A stretch of DNA of 64,000 bases, taken from NCBI GenBank assembly GCA_032654565.1, contig JAULAX010000015.1, positions 960,001 to 1,024,000 of the forward strand. Reading direction: 5' to 3'. Shown piece by piece: positions 1 to 11,539 of this stretch. The translations under genes were made by a program, and so were the position numbers. Below the pieces are notes generated by a model. The model saw only the letters and a list, made by a program, of their open reading frames with translations, did no database searches and was not told the origin of the DNA. Each line of letters opens with the position of its first letter. The first letter of the stretch is position 1. This stretch comes from Anaeromyxobacteraceae bacterium. Its GTDB lineage: Bacteria > Myxococcota > Myxococcia > Myxococcales > Anaeromyxobacteraceae.

Positions 1-928
1 TGTCGCCGAAGTCGAAGTCGTAGACCCCCTTGGTCAGCGTCGGGCAGGAGGCCGGCTCCACCGCCAGCAGCCGCACCTGCTTCCCGGCCGCCTTGTCAGC
101 GATGAAGGGGAAGGCCATGCCGGCGAAGTTGGAGCCGCCGCCGTGGCAGGCGATGACCACGTCGGGGTAGTCGCCGGCCAGCTTCAGCTGCTCCTTGGCC
201 TCCAGCCCGATGACGGTCTGGTGCAGGCAGACGTGGTTGAGCACCGAGCCGAGCGCGTACTTGGTGTCGTCGTGGGTGGCGGCGTCCTCGACCGCCTCGG
301 AGATGGCGATGCCGAGCGAGCCCTGGTTGTCGGGGTCCTTGGCCAGGATGGCGCGGCCGGCGTTGGTGCGCGGGCTCGGCGAGGCCAGCACCTCGGCCCC
401 CCAGAGCTGCATCATGGAGCGGCGGTAGGGCTTCTGGCCGTGCGAGACCTTCACCATGTAGATGGTGCACTCGAGGCCGAACATCTGGCAGGCCAGGGCG
501 ATCGACGAGCCCCACTGCCCGGCGCCGGTCTCGGAGGCGATGCGCCGGGTGCCGGCCTGCTTGTTGTAGAAGGCCTGCGGCACGGCGGTGTTGGGCTTGT
601 GCGAGCCGGCCGGCGAGACCCCCTCGTACTTGAAGTAGATCTTGGCCGGGGTGCCCAGCAGCTTCTCCAGCCGGTGGGCGCGGATCAGCGGGCTGGGGCG
701 CCAGAGCTGGTAGATCTCGCGGACCTCGTCGGGGATCTTGATCCAGCGCTCGGCCGACATCTCCTGCTCGAGCAGCTGCGGCGGGAAGAGCGGCAGCATG
801 TCGGCCGGGGTCACCGGCTGGAGCGTGCCGGGGTGGAGCACCGGCGCCGGCGGCGCCGGGAGGTCGGCGATGACGTTGTACCAGTGGGTCGGGATCTGGT
901 TCTCGCCGAGCAGGAACTTGGTCTGCAT
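1..928 (-). CDS. trpB2: TrpB2 (tryptophan synthase beta-like PLP enzyme); 3' end lies outside the window
   Basis: My translation from ATG 928: [18 protein letters not shown]...[16 protein letters not shown]...ETGAGQWGS...GSVLNHV...[16 protein letters not shown] upstream. Absent from the ORF track because it is truncated. Confidence 0.93.
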   Translation of the reverse strand, partial: MQTKFLLGENQIPTHWYNVIADLPAPPAPVLHPGTLQPVTPADMLPLFPPQLLEQEMSAERWIKIPDEVREIYQLWRPSPLIRAHRLEKLLGTPAKIYFKYEGVSPAGSHKPNTAVPQAFYNKQAGTRRIASETGAGQWGSSIALACQMFGLECTIYMVKVSHGQKPYRRSMMQLWGAEVLASPSPRTNAGRAILAKDPDNQGSLGIAISEAVEDAATHDDTKYALGSVLNHVCLHQTVIGLEAKEQLKLAGDYPDVVIACHGGGSNFAGMAFPFIADKAAGKQVRLLAVEPASCPTLTKGVYDFDFGD

Positions 929-1082
929 GGGTCTCCTTGCGAAACGGGGGGACCGACAATTAGGCCGGGCCCGGCCCTGCTCGTCAAGCCATTGGCGCAG
1001 GTCCCGGGGGCGTGGAATCCACACTTCCGGTCCGTCACCCCAATGGCGCACCAGGAAGGTCCCAGATATTTCGGGCGGAAAA

Positions 1083-1111
1083 TTCAACCCGGAAGGGCTG
1101 TGGGCTAGGAT
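1083..1111 (+). promoter_or_regulatory. Putative sigma70 promoter for the PilZ-REC gene
   Basis: TTCAAC-17 nt-TAGGAT, about 60 nt upstream of ATG 1172. Confidence 0.35.
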
Positions 1112-1171
1112 GGGCCCCAAGTTTTCCACTCGCGAGGAAGCGAGCCAGCCGGGGGTCTTACGGGAGTCGAG

Positions 1172-2032
1172 ATGTCCAGGGAGCGCCGCGCCTTTCCCCG
1201 ATTTCCACTCGTCCTTTCGGTCAAGTATCTCGACGCCGACTCGGTGCTCGACTACACGGAGAACCTCTCCTCCAATGGGCTGCTGGTCCGGACCGAGCGG
1301 CAGTTCGCTCCCGGCGAGAGGACCAGCCTGGTCCTCTCCTTCCCGCAGCTGATCGATCCGGTCGAGCTGATCGTCGAGGTGATCCGCTCCGAGCCCGGCC
1401 AGGGCGACCAGCCGGGGGGCGTGGCGGTGCGGGTCCCCGACGACCTGCCGGACCACCGGGCCCGCCTGGCCGAGGTGACCCGCTTCGTGGCCAACGCCGC
1501 CCGCGCCCCGGTGCCCACCTGCCGCATCCTGCTCTGCGAGGACAACGGGCTGGTGGCCAACATGTACGCCGCCGCCCTGCGCCGCATGGCCGAGACCGAC
1601 AAGCTGGAGGGGCTGGGCGTCGAGGTGGTCAACGACGGCGCCGCCGCCTGGGACCGCCTGCTGCGGACCCCGGCCATCGACATCCTCATCACCGACGTCT
1701 TCATGCCGGCGGTCAGCGGCACCGAGCTGGTCGACCGGATCCGCTCCGAGCCGAGCATGGCCCACCTGCCGGTGGTGGTCATCACCTCGGGCGGGGAGAA
1801 GGAGCGCGAGGAGCTGGCCGCGCTCGGCGTGACCCTCTTCCTGCACAAGCCCATCAAGTACCTGGACCTCGCCGACACCGTCCGCTTCCTGCTCAAGGCG
1901 CGCCAGGGCCGGGTCACCAACCCGCCGCGCGCCGCGGTGACCCTGCCGGTGGAGCCCAACCCCAGGTCGCTGGTCGACGGGGCCGAGGGGCGCCCTGCAC
2001 CGGGCGGCACCAAGCCCACCGCCCAGGGCTGA
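1172..2032 (+). CDS. PilZ-domain / receiver-domain protein
   Basis: PilZ motifs RxxxR (RRAFPRF) and NxSxxG (NLSSNG). REC domain: LLCED, ITDVFMP, VITS, HKP. Confidence 0.85.
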   Translation: MSRERRAFPRFPLVLSVKYLDADSVLDYTENLSSNGLLVRTERQFAPGERTSLVLSFPQLIDPVELIVEVIRSEPGQGDQPGGVAVRVPDDLPDHRARLAEVTRFVANAARAPVPTCRILLCEDNGLVANMYAAALRRMAETDKLEGLGVEVVNDGAAAWDRLLRTPAIDILITDVFMPAVSGTELVDRIRSEPSMAHLPVVVITSGGEKEREELAALGVTLFLHKPIKYLDLADTVRFLLKARQGRVTNPPRAAVTLPVEPNPRSLVDGAEGRPAPGGTKPTAQG

Positions 2033-2192
2033 CGGCCCCCGCCCCGCCCCGCCCCTCCCTCCGTCCGACCTGGCCCGCCTCCGTCCGCGGCGGGTCCCGA
2101 CGATCCGGTCGACCGGCGCCACGTGGTGGTGGCCAGCGGCCGGCGGAGCGGCTAGCCTGCTCGGATCCGTCGCACCACCCAGGAGATCGCTC

Positions 2193-2408
2193 ATGGCCGA
2201 GAAGGTGGCAGCCCACATCACCGGGACCGTGGTCCGCATCGAGAAGGCCACAGGCGACGTGGTGGCCCCGGGCGAGGCGGTGGTCATCCTCGAGTCGATG
2301 AAGATGGAGATGCCGGTGGAGGCGCTGGTGGGTGGCACGGTGCTGGAGATCCGCTGCGCGCCGGCCCAGGCCGTCAACGAGGGCGACATCCTGGTCGTGC
2401 TGGGCTGA
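2193..2408 (+). CDS. Stand-alone biotin carboxyl carrier protein
   Basis: 71 aa; ESMKME biotinylation motif; AGGAG RBS. Confidence 0.9.
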   Translation: MAEKVAAHITGTVVRIEKATGDVVAPGEAVVILESMKMEMPVEALVGGTVLEIRCAPAQAVNEGDILVVLG

Positions 2409-2410
2409 GC

Positions 2411-3196
2411 GTGGCGCCCCGCCTCCTCATCGAGGACCGCGGGGCGGTCCGGGTGCTGGTCCTCGACAACCCGGCCAAGCGCAACGCCCTCGACTTCCGC
2501 GCCCTCGACGAGCTGGAGGCGGCCTGCGCCGCCGCCGTGGGCGACGGGGTGCGCTGCCTGATGCTGCGCGGCGCCGGCGAGGAGGCCTTCTCCTCCGGCT
2601 TCGACCTCGCCGAGATGGGCCAGGTCAACGGCCGGGGGGAGCGGCCCGACGAGGCGGTGGAGCGGGCCGCCGAGGCCCTCGAGGCGGTGACCTGTCCCAC
2701 CGTGGCCTTCCTCAACGGCCCGGCCTACGGCGGCGGCTTCGAGCTGGCGGCCACCTGCGACCTGCGGGTGGCCCGCGAGGGCATCCGGCTCGGCCTGCCG
2801 CCGGCCAAGCTGGGCGTGGTCTACCCGGAGGGCGGCCTGCGCCGCTTCCTGCAGCTGGTGGGCGGGGCCCGCACCCGGGAGCTCTTCTTCTCCGGCCGGC
2901 CCATCGACGCCAGCCAGGCCCACGCCTGGGGGCTGGTGAACCGGCTGGTGCCGGCCGAGGGGGCCGAGGCGGCGGCGCTGGCGCTGGCCGAGGAGATCGC
3001 CGCCAACGCGCCGCTGGCGGTGCGGGGGATGAAGCGGATCCTGCGGCTGCTGGAGATGGCCCACGAGCGCGGCCTCTCGCCGGCGGAGCGCGTCGAGATC
3101 GCCGAGCTGCGCCGGCTGGCCTTCGAGAGCGAGGACATCCTGGAGGGGCGGCGGGCCTTCGCCGAGCGGCGCCCCCCGAGGTTCCAGGGGAAGTGA
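2411..3196 (+). CDS. Enoyl-CoA hydratase/isomerase family protein
   Basis: [47 protein letters not shown]. Confidence 0.92.
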   Translation: MAPRLLIEDRGAVRVLVLDNPAKRNALDFRALDELEAACAAAVGDGVRCLMLRGAGEEAFSSGFDLAEMGQVNGRGERPDEAVERAAEALEAVTCPTVAFLNGPAYGGGFELAATCDLRVAREGIRLGLPPAKLGVVYPEGGLRRFLQLVGGARTRELFFSGRPIDASQAHAWGLVNRLVPAEGAEAAALALAEEIAANAPLAVRGMKRILRLLEMAHERGLSPAERVEIAELRRLAFESEDILEGRRAFAERRPPRFQGK

Positions 3197-3248
3197 GCCA
3201 GCGCTCCGGGCACGCCGACACCCGCGGCGCCGGGCACGGGACGGCCCG

Positions 3249-4292
3249 CTGACCACGCTCGCCGCCCTCGGCTTCGGCCCCTTCTTCTCCACGCAGCTCG
3301 ACCTGCCGGCCGAGGCCGGGCTGGCCCCGGCGCGGGTCCTCGTCGACCTCGGCGTCCGGCTGCTGCTCGACCTCGGCGGCGAGGAGCGCACGGCGCTGCT
3401 GCCGACGGCGCTGCACGGGGCGGCGGCGGTGGGGGACTGGGTCCTCTGCGAGCGGCTCGACGACGGCGCCGCGGTGCTGCGCCGGGTGCTGGGCCGCCGC
3501 TCGGTCCTCTCCCGGCAGGCGGCCGGGACCCCGACCGGGCAGCAGGTGCTGGCGGCCAACGTCGACCTGGTGCTGCTGGTCGAGCCGCTCGACGCCGGCC
3601 CCAACCTGCGACGGCTGGAGCGGATGCTGGCGGCGGTGCGCGCCTCCGGGGCCGCGCCGGCCGTCCTGCTCACCAAGGCCGACCTCTGCGCCGACCCGGA
3701 GGAGGCGGCGCGCCAGGTGGGCGCGGTGGCCGAGGGGGCGGCGGTGCTGGTGGTCGCGGCCAAGGCCGGCCGGGGGCTCACGGAGGTCCACCGGCTCATC
3801 GGCCCCGGGACCACCGCCGCGCTCATGGGCCAGTCCGGGGTCGGCAAGTCGACGCTGCTCAACGCCCTGCGCGGCGGCGAGGTGGAGGCGACCGCCGGGC
3901 TCGACGCCGACGGGCGCGGCCGCCACACCACCACCTGGCGGCGGCTCTGGGCGCTCCCCTCCGGCGGCTTCCTGGTGGACGGCCCCGGCATCCGCGAGCT
4001 GCAGCTCTGGTCCGGCGAGGGGGTGGCGGCGGCCTTCGCCGACGTGGCCACGCTGGCGGCCGGCTGCCGCTTCAACGACTGCACCCACGGCGAGGAGCCG
4101 GGCTGCGCGGTGCGCCGCGCCGTGGCCGACGGCACGCTGGAGGCCGGGCGCCTCGACAGCTACCTGAAGCTGGCGCGGGAGGCGGCGGCGCTGGCGGCCC
4201 GGCACGGCACAGCGGCGCGGCAGGCGGAGCGGCGGGCCGGACGGATCATGGACAAGGCGGCCCGCGACCTGCAGCGCAAGCGCGGGCGCTGA
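3249..4292 (+). CDS. rsgA: Ribosome small subunit-dependent GTPase A (start uncertain: CTG 3249 or GTG 3429)
   Basis: [54 protein letters not shown] zinc finger. RsgA-like N-terminal sequence continues upstream of 3429. Confidence 0.9.
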   Translation: MTTLAALGFGPFFSTQLDLPAEAGLAPARVLVDLGVRLLLDLGGEERTALLPTALHGAAAVGDWVLCERLDDGAAVLRRVLGRRSVLSRQAAGTPTGQQVLAANVDLVLLVEPLDAGPNLRRLERMLAAVRASGAAPAVLLTKADLCADPEEAARQVGAVAEGAAVLVVAAKAGRGLTEVHRLIGPGTTAALMGQSGVGKSTLLNALRGGEVEATAGLDADGRGRHTTTWRRLWALPSGGFLVDGPGIRELQLWSGEGVAAAFADVATLAAGCRFNDCTHGEEPGCAVRRAVADGTLEAGRLDSYLKLAREAAALAARHGTAARQAERRAGRIMDKAARDLQRKRGR

Positions 4293-4363
4293 GCTCACCG
4301 GGGCGGTCGGCGCCTCCGGCGCCGATCACCCGAGGTCCATGGCGCCAGGGCCGGCGGGGCCCG

Positions 4364-5773
4364 TCAGGGGAGGAGCAGGAAGCACCCGGCCATCACCGCG
4401 GTGGGGAGCAGCGCGCCGGCCAGCAGCCCCAGCGGGGCGACGCCGTCGGGGAAGTACCTGGCCAGGGCCGACTGGCCGGCCGGGTTGGGGGCGTTGGCGA
4501 TCACCGTGAGGCCGCCGCCCACCACCGCGCCGGCCACCACCGCGTACTGCAGCGAGGGGCCGAGGCCGGGCACCAGCGAGGCCAGGGTGGTGATGGCGGC
4601 GTTGTCGTTGAAGGCGGTCAGGCCGATGGCGCCGAAGAAGAGCGGCAGCTCGGAGAGGCGGGAGATCACCGGGGCGATCCACCACTGCTGGCCGGCCCCG
4701 TGGATCACCAGGCCGGCCAGGAAGAACCCCACCAGCATGGGCGGGCGCAGGTCGAGCTCCTGCTGGTGCGGCGCCGTGGCCTGCTGGAAGGCGAGGAAGA
4801 AGAGGAAGGCCCCGATGAAGACGGCCGGGGTCTCGGCGGCGTAGACGGTCAGCGCCAGGAAGGCCAGGTGGACGCCGACGATCCAGGGCGGGACCCGCTC
4901 CGGCGGCGCCGCCAGGGGCTCCCGGTCCCGGGCCGCCGCCCGGCCGGCCAGCTCGACGAACTGGGCGCGGAAGGCCAGGGCGTAGGCGGCGTTGGCGATG
5001 GCGATGCCGACCACCGCCTTCCAGCCGAAGTTGGAGATCATGAAGCCGGCGCCCCAGCCGAACTTCCCGGCCACCATCAGCACCGGCGGCGCCGCGAAGT
5101 GGGTGAGCGTGCCGCCCACCGAGATGTCGACGAAGAGCAGGCCGAGCGTGGCGTAGCGGAAGCCGGCCCGCGGCGAGAGGTCGAGGACCCGGCGCCCCAG
5201 CAGCAGGGCGCAGATGATCATGGCCGCCGGCTCGGTGATCACCGAGCCCAGCAGCGGGCCGAGGGTGAGGACCGAGAGCCACCAGGCCAGCGGCGTGCCG
5301 CCGCCGAGGCGGGCCACCGCGCCCAGCACCCGCTCGGCGACGGCCAGCACCGGGCGGGTCGAGGCGATGGCCATGATCACCACCACGAAGAGCGGCTCGG
5401 TGAAGTGGACCTCGCCGAGGAACTGCTCGGCGGCGCGGGCGCCCCGGGCGACGCCGAGGATCACCAGCAGCGGGATCACCCAGATGCCGAAGACCGCCTC
5501 GATCTCGCCGAGCACGTGGAGCAGCTCGACCCGGGCGCTGTGTCCCTCGCCGCCGCGGGCCTGGTCGAGCCGGCGCTTGAGCCGGTGGGAGGCCGCCAGC
5601 AGGCTGGGGGCCACGAAGGTGTGGAGGATGGCCAGCGCGAAGAGGGCGGCGGCCACCAGGTTGAGCGGATCCGCGGCGGCGCGGGCCGAGAGCACGGCCC
5701 AGAGCCCGAGCCCGTCCTCCCCGGTGTAGCGATCGAGCGGCAGCGGGAAGCCGTCGCCCGGGCCGGCGGTCAC
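4364..5773 (-). CDS. Putative Na+/H+ antiporter (DUF1504-type)
   Basis: Polytopic membrane protein; LGEIEAVFGIW, FTEPLFV, GGTLTHFAAPPVLMVA, FNDNAA, GGGLTVIANAPNPAG. Confidence 0.8.
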   Translation of the reverse strand: MTAGPGDGFPLPLDRYTGEDGLGLWAVLSARAAADPLNLVAAALFALAILHTFVAPSLLAASHRLKRRLDQARGGEGHSARVELLHVLGEIEAVFGIWVIPLLVILGVARGARAAEQFLGEVHFTEPLFVVVIMAIASTRPVLAVAERVLGAVARLGGGTPLAWWLSVLTLGPLLGSVITEPAAMIICALLLGRRVLDLSPRAGFRYATLGLLFVDISVGGTLTHFAAPPVLMVAGKFGWGAGFMISNFGWKAVVGIAIANAAYALAFRAQFVELAGRAAARDREPLAAPPERVPPWIVGVHLAFLALTVYAAETPAVFIGAFLFFLAFQQATAPHQQELDLRPPMLVGFFLAGLVIHGAGQQWWIAPVISRLSELPLFFGAIGLTAFNDNAAITTLASLVPGLGPSLQYAVVAGAVVGGGLTVIANAPNPAGQSALARYFPDGVAPLGLLAGALLPTAVMAGCFLLLP

Positions 5774-6318
5774 GACAGCAGCCTCCGCAGCAGGAACCCG
5801 AGCAGCAGGCCGCCCCCCAGCGCCGAGAGGCCGAGGCGCAGGAGACCGGCGTGGCTCGCCTTCCCCGGCCCGGGTCGCGTGCCCGCCAGGGCGTCGCCGG
5901 CGAGGGCGGGGCCGGATGGCGCGGCGACGGCCGGGGCGCTCGGCGACGGCACCACCACCACCGGCATGGGGTCCGGCCGGGTGCTGGCCGGCAGCGGCGG
6001 CGGGGCCCCCGGCCCGGCGGTCGCCATGTCCTCGGGCAGCACCACCAGGTCGTAGTCGCCGATCTCGACCAGGTCCCCGGGGCGGACCCGCCGCTTCGAG
6101 CCGATGCGCTCACCGTTGAGCCGGGTCCCGGTGAGGCTGCCGAGGTCCTCGACGAAGATGGTGCCGTTGGCGCGGGTGAAGCGGGCGTGGCGGCGCGAGA
6201 CGTTGCGGTCGGGGAGGCGCCAGCCGACGCCGTGGGTGGCGCGGCCGACCACCATCTCGTCGGCGGTGAACGGGACCACCGTCCGCGTCCCCCCCTCGTC
6301 CTCGATCACCAGCCGCAT
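5770..6318 (-). CDS. FHA-domain protein with C-terminal TM helix
   Basis: GR...NVSRRHA...DLGSLTGT FHA motifs; Pro-rich linker; C-terminal hydrophobic helix. Confidence 0.88.
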   Translation of the reverse strand: MRLVIEDEGGTRTVVPFTADEMVVGRATHGVGWRLPDRNVSRRHARFTRANGTIFVEDLGSLTGTRLNGERIGSKRRVRPGDLVEIGDYDLVVLPEDMATAGPGAPPPLPASTRPDPMPVVVVPSPSAPAVAAPSGPALAGDALAGTRPGPGKASHAGLLRLGLSALGGGLLLGFLLRRLLS

Positions 6319-6333
6319 GCCGGGCCTCGTCCC

Positions 6334-8079
<1,746 letters not shown>

Positions 8080-8091
8080 GATCCTCCGATG

Positions 8092-8880
8092 TTACCGTGA
8101 AGCGACCGCGTAGACCACGTGCCAGGTCGCCGGGACTCCGTTCGGGCCGCCGTGGCGCCCCTGGTAGCGCCGCAGCATCTCCAGGGTGGCCCGCCGGCCG
8201 CCCAGCCCGCGGCGCCCCGGGGTGGCGTTCTGGGCCCCGATCCGCTTCAGCGAGCGGAGCAGCGCGGCCGGGTCGGCGTGGTGATCGACGTGGAGGGCCT
8301 CCTCGAGCCGGAGCCCGGTGAAGCCCGCCGACGCCAGCGCCGCGCCCACCTCACCGATGGTGAAGAAGCGGTGCAGCCGCCCCCCGGCCCCGGGGCCGGC
8401 GGCGGCGCGCCAGGCCTCGCGCAGCTCGACCAGGGTCCGCTCGGCGAAGAGGGCCAGCACCAGGCGGCCGCCGGGGCGCAGCACCCGGGCGCACTCGCCG
8501 AGGGCCGGCTCCAGCCGGGGCAGCCACTGGAAGGTGGAGCTGGAGACGACCAGGTCGAAGCGGGCGGCGGCGAAGGGGAGGGCCTCGGCGTCGGCGGCCG
8601 CCACCGCGGCGGCGGGGGCCACGGCGCGGGTGGCGGCGCACATGCCCGGGGCCAGGTCGACGGCGGCGGCGCGCAGGCCGGGGCGGGCCGCCAGCAGGCC
8701 GGCCACCAGCCGCCCGGTCCCGGCGCCGACGTCGAGCAGGTCGCGGGCGCCGGGGGCGGCCTCGGCCGCCAGGGCCTCGACCCGGGCGCGGACCAGGGCC
8801 TGGACCGCGGTGGCGCCGTCGTAGGCGGAGGCCCCGCGCGAGAAGGCGGCCCCGACCCGCGCCTTGACCACCTGGTTCAC
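8092..8880 (-). CDS. bioC: SAM-dependent methyltransferase, BioC-like (malonyl-ACP O-methyltransferase)
   Basis: AFSRGASAYD, LDVGAGTG, DAEALPF...FDLVVSSSTFQW, LKRIGA, PATWHVVY; adjacent to a bioH-like gene. Confidence 0.75.
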   Translation of the reverse strand: MNQVVKARVGAAFSRGASAYDGATAVQALVRARVEALAAEAAPGARDLLDVGAGTGRLVAGLLAARPGLRAAAVDLAPGMCAATRAVAPAAAVAAADAEALPFAAARFDLVVSSSTFQWLPRLEPALGECARVLRPGGRLVLALFAERTLVELREAWRAAAGPGAGGRLHRFFTIGEVGAALASAGFTGLRLEEALHVDHHADPAALLRSLKRIGAQNATPGRRGLGGRRATLEMLRRYQGRHGGPNGVPATWHVVYAVASR

Positions 8881-9680
8881 GCCGCCTCACCGGCGAAGCC
8901 CTCGAGGAGCGCCGCCACCTCGGCCGGCCGGGAGATGAAGGGGGCGTGGCCGGCGGCCGGGAAGGTGACGAGGCGGGCCGAGGGGAGCAGGGCGGCCAGG
9001 GCGTGTGCCGCCCCCACCGGGCAGATGGCGTCGGCCTCGCCGTGGAGGAGCAGCACCGGCAGGCGCACCCCCGGGAGCGCGGCGCGCAGGTCGGTGCCGG
9101 CCAGAAGGTCGAGGCCGGCCAGGGCGCACGCCAGGTCCGGGGGGGGCGCCGAGGCGGGCGAGCGCAGGGCGGCCCGCCCGGCCTCGTCGAGCTCCCCGGG
9201 CGCGAAGCAGTCGTCGAGGAAGCGGTCCTGCACCGCCGCGGGCCGGCGCCGCAGCAGGGCCGCCATCCCCTCCAGGGCGCGGGGCGGCGGCCCGTGCGGC
9301 CACTCATCACTTCTGGTGAAGTGCGGGGTGGCGCCGACCAGCGCCAGCCGCGCCACCCGGGCGCCGAGCCCGGGCAGGGCCGCCAGCGCCACCTGCCCGC
9401 CCAGCGACCAGCCGAGCAGGAGGGCGGCGCGCAGGTCGAGCGCCTCGGCCAGCGCCGCCACGTCGCCGGCCAGGTCGGCGAGCGTGAACCGGCCCGGCGC
9501 CGAGCGTCCGTGGCCTCGCAGGTCGAGCCGCACCACCCGGTGGCGGTCGGTGAGCCGCTCCGCCAGCGAGGCGAAGTCGGCGCCCGACCGCGACCAGCCG
9601 TGGAGCAGCAGCACGGGAGGTCCGATGCCCTGATCCTCATAGGAGAGGTCCGGCGCGCTGTCGGAACGGGTCAGGATCAT
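8877..9680 (-). CDS. bioH: Alpha/beta hydrolase, BioH-like (pimeloyl-ACP methyl ester esterase)
   Basis: C-terminal part of track ORF 8877..11507, from ATG 9680: LLHGW, DLRGHG, GWSLGG, GEADAI, AGHAPF; overlaps the bioC start. Confidence 0.72.
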   Translation of the reverse strand: MILTRSDSAPDLSYEDQGIGPPVLLLHGWSRSGADFASLAERLTDRHRVVRLDLRGHGRSAPGRFTLADLAGDVAALAEALDLRAALLLGWSLGGQVALAALPGLGARVARLALVGATPHFTRSDEWPHGPPPRALEGMAALLRRRPAAVQDRFLDDCFAPGELDEAGRAALRSPASAPPPDLACALAGLDLLAGTDLRAALPGVRLPVLLLHGEADAICPVGAAHALAALLPSARLVTFPAAGHAPFISRPAEVAALLEGFAGEAA

Positions 9681-9718
9681 CAGGGGTTGGCCACGATCGC
9701 AGCCCGCCCCGGGGCTCG

Positions 9719-11314
9719 TCAACCCCTGGTGGTGACCGGGGTTGACGAGGCCGGCGCCGGCGCCGGGATCCAGCTCCCGCCCTCGGCCCAGCGCGCCCGC
9801 AGCCAGGCACCCGCCGCCGGCGAGCGCCACCAGGGGCGTCCCGGGTCGAGGGCCCGGAGCTCCTCGGTGAGCCGGGCGGCGAGGAGCTGGGCGCGGAGCG
9901 TGTCGGCGGCCCGGAGCTGCGGATCCGGCTCCAGCCGCCAGGGCGGCGGCTCGTCCCGGTCGAGCGGATGGCCGAGGGCGCGCGGGGCCAGCGCGGCCCA
10001 GCGGGCGGAGGCGCCGGCAGGATCCCTGGCCCGCCCCACCTCGGCGATCACCGCGGCGGCGGCGGCGCGGGTGGCGTGGGTGCGGCGGGCGGCGCCCAGG
10101 CCGGCCTCGCGACGGGCCGCCTCGGGGGAGAGGCCGCGGAGCTGCAGCCAGTCCGGGTCGGAGGCGATGGCCTCGAAGAGGAGCCCCCAGGCCTGGGTGT
10201 GCCAGGCCGGCGGCAGGCGCCGGTCCTCGAAGGCGGCGCCCGGGGCGACGTGGACCAGGGAGAGCCCGACGCCCACCTCGTGGAGGAGGGCGCGGACGGC
10301 GTCGAGGCCGGCCAGCGGCGTCAGCGAGATCCGGACCTGGCCGGGCACGGCGATGGGCACCGCCAGCGGCCTGGGGAGCTTGCCCGGGCGGAGCGCGGCG
10401 TCGACGGTGAGCCGGCCGCCGGCCGAGAGGTCGAGGCCGAGGCCGGCGAGGAGCTCGGTCACCGCCGGGATCAGCTGGTCGGCCGGGAAGCCGGCCGGGG
10501 CGCCGCCGGTGCGGAGGAGGCGGGGCAGGTCGTGCTCGCGCAGGCGCGCCGCGGGGAGGCCGAGCTCCTGCCGGGAGAGCGCGTCGAGCGTGGCGGGCCA
10601 GGCGACGTCGCCGGCGGCCAGGGTGCGCTCGGCCAGCGCCGCCAGGTGGTCGGGGTCGTCGAGGCGCAGCGCGCCGGCCAGGGCCGGAGCCGAGGGGAGG
10701 CCGCGCTCGGCGCCGGCCTGGAGCAGGGCGGCGTCGCGGGCGGCGGCCAGCTTCTCGAGCTTGAGGAGGGCGGCGCGCCAGGCCTCGGCGGCGGCCTTGC
10801 GGCGGGGCGCCTCGGGCTCGCCGGCCAGCAGGGCGTGGAGCTGCCGCAGGGGGACGGTCCGCTTCTCCCAGGCGAAGGTGGCGCCGGCGCGGGCGGCGGC
10901 CAGCGCGTGGATGGGGCCGGCGGCGGCGCGGGCCAGCTGCTCGCCGAGCAGGAAGGCGCGGAGCCGCTCCAGCCGGGCGCGCTCGGGCGGCGGGGCGGTG
11001 GCCATGGCCTCGCCGAGCTGGGCGGTGAGGGCGACGGAGAGCAGGGCGTCGCGTCCCGCCCAGGGGGCCAGCGCATCGGCCGGCTCGCCGGTGGTCCAGG
11101 CCTTCCAGGTGGCCTCGCCCTGCGCCTCGAGGAGCGCCTCGGCGGCGGCGCGGACGGGCCCGAAGCGGTCGTCGATCGGGCCGGCGGGCGGCGCCGGGCT
11201 GGCGGTGGGGAGCGACGGCGTGGCGTCGGGCGACGGCGGCGCCGACGGGCTGGGGGAGGGGGTGGTGTGGGCGCAGCCGGCGAGCAGGACGAGGACGGCG
11301 AGGAAGGGTCTCAC
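9719..11314 (-). CDS. Lipoprotein with degenerate M3/gluzincin peptidase-like fold
   Basis: Lipobox LAGC; Pro/Ser linker; GKLPRPL...VPGQVRIS...LLHEVGVGL resembles an M3-like core but lacks the second His of HExxH. Confidence 0.55.
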   Translation of the reverse strand: MRPFLAVLVLLAGCAHTTPSPSPSAPPSPDATPSLPTASPAPPAGPIDDRFGPVRAAAEALLEAQGEATWKAWTTGEPADALAPWAGRDALLSVALTAQLGEAMATAPPPERARLERLRAFLLGEQLARAAAGPIHALAAARAGATFAWEKRTVPLRQLHALLAGEPEAPRRKAAAEAWRAALLKLEKLAAARDAALLQAGAERGLPSAPALAGALRLDDPDHLAALAERTLAAGDVAWPATLDALSRQELGLPAARLREHDLPRLLRTGGAPAGFPADQLIPAVTELLAGLGLDLSAGGRLTVDAALRPGKLPRPLAVPIAVPGQVRISLTPLAGLDAVRALLHEVGVGLSLVHVAPGAAFEDRRLPPAWHTQAWGLLFEAIASDPDWLQLRGLSPEAARREAGLGAARRTHATRAAAAAVIAEVGRARDPAGASARWAALAPRALGHPLDRDEPPPWRLEPDPQLRAADTLRAQLLAARLTEELRALDPGRPWWRSPAAGAWLRARWAEGGSWIPAPAPASSTPVTTRG

Positions 11315-11539
11315 TGGACGCCCATGCTACACCGCCGTTCCCGACCCAGAGTAGTTGTGTAAGGGACCCGTGAACGGCCGCGGCGCGGACCGAAGTCGCC
11401 AACCCCCTGCAGGTCCGGGTCCGCGCTTCGGCCGGCTGGACCGCGCCGCGACCAGGACAGGCCGCCGACCTCCCGCTGCGGCGAGATGACCCACGGCCCA
11501 CCACCAAGGCCGCTGCTACCCTGTCGCACCCCGCACCCC

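Noticed and set aside
11335..11455. Possible dif/att-like site (GTAGTTGTGTAAGGG) and GC-rich inverted repeats
   Set aside because: Poor match to XerC/XerD arms, no recombinase nearby, and the repeats are explainable by composition.
8877..11507. Apparent long fusion ORFs (8877..11507, 15944..18751, 22096..24708, 22192..24285, 39193..41952, 59899..61737)
   Set aside because: Only the C-terminal parts are protein-like; the upstream parts overlap other real genes, so the starts were reassigned.
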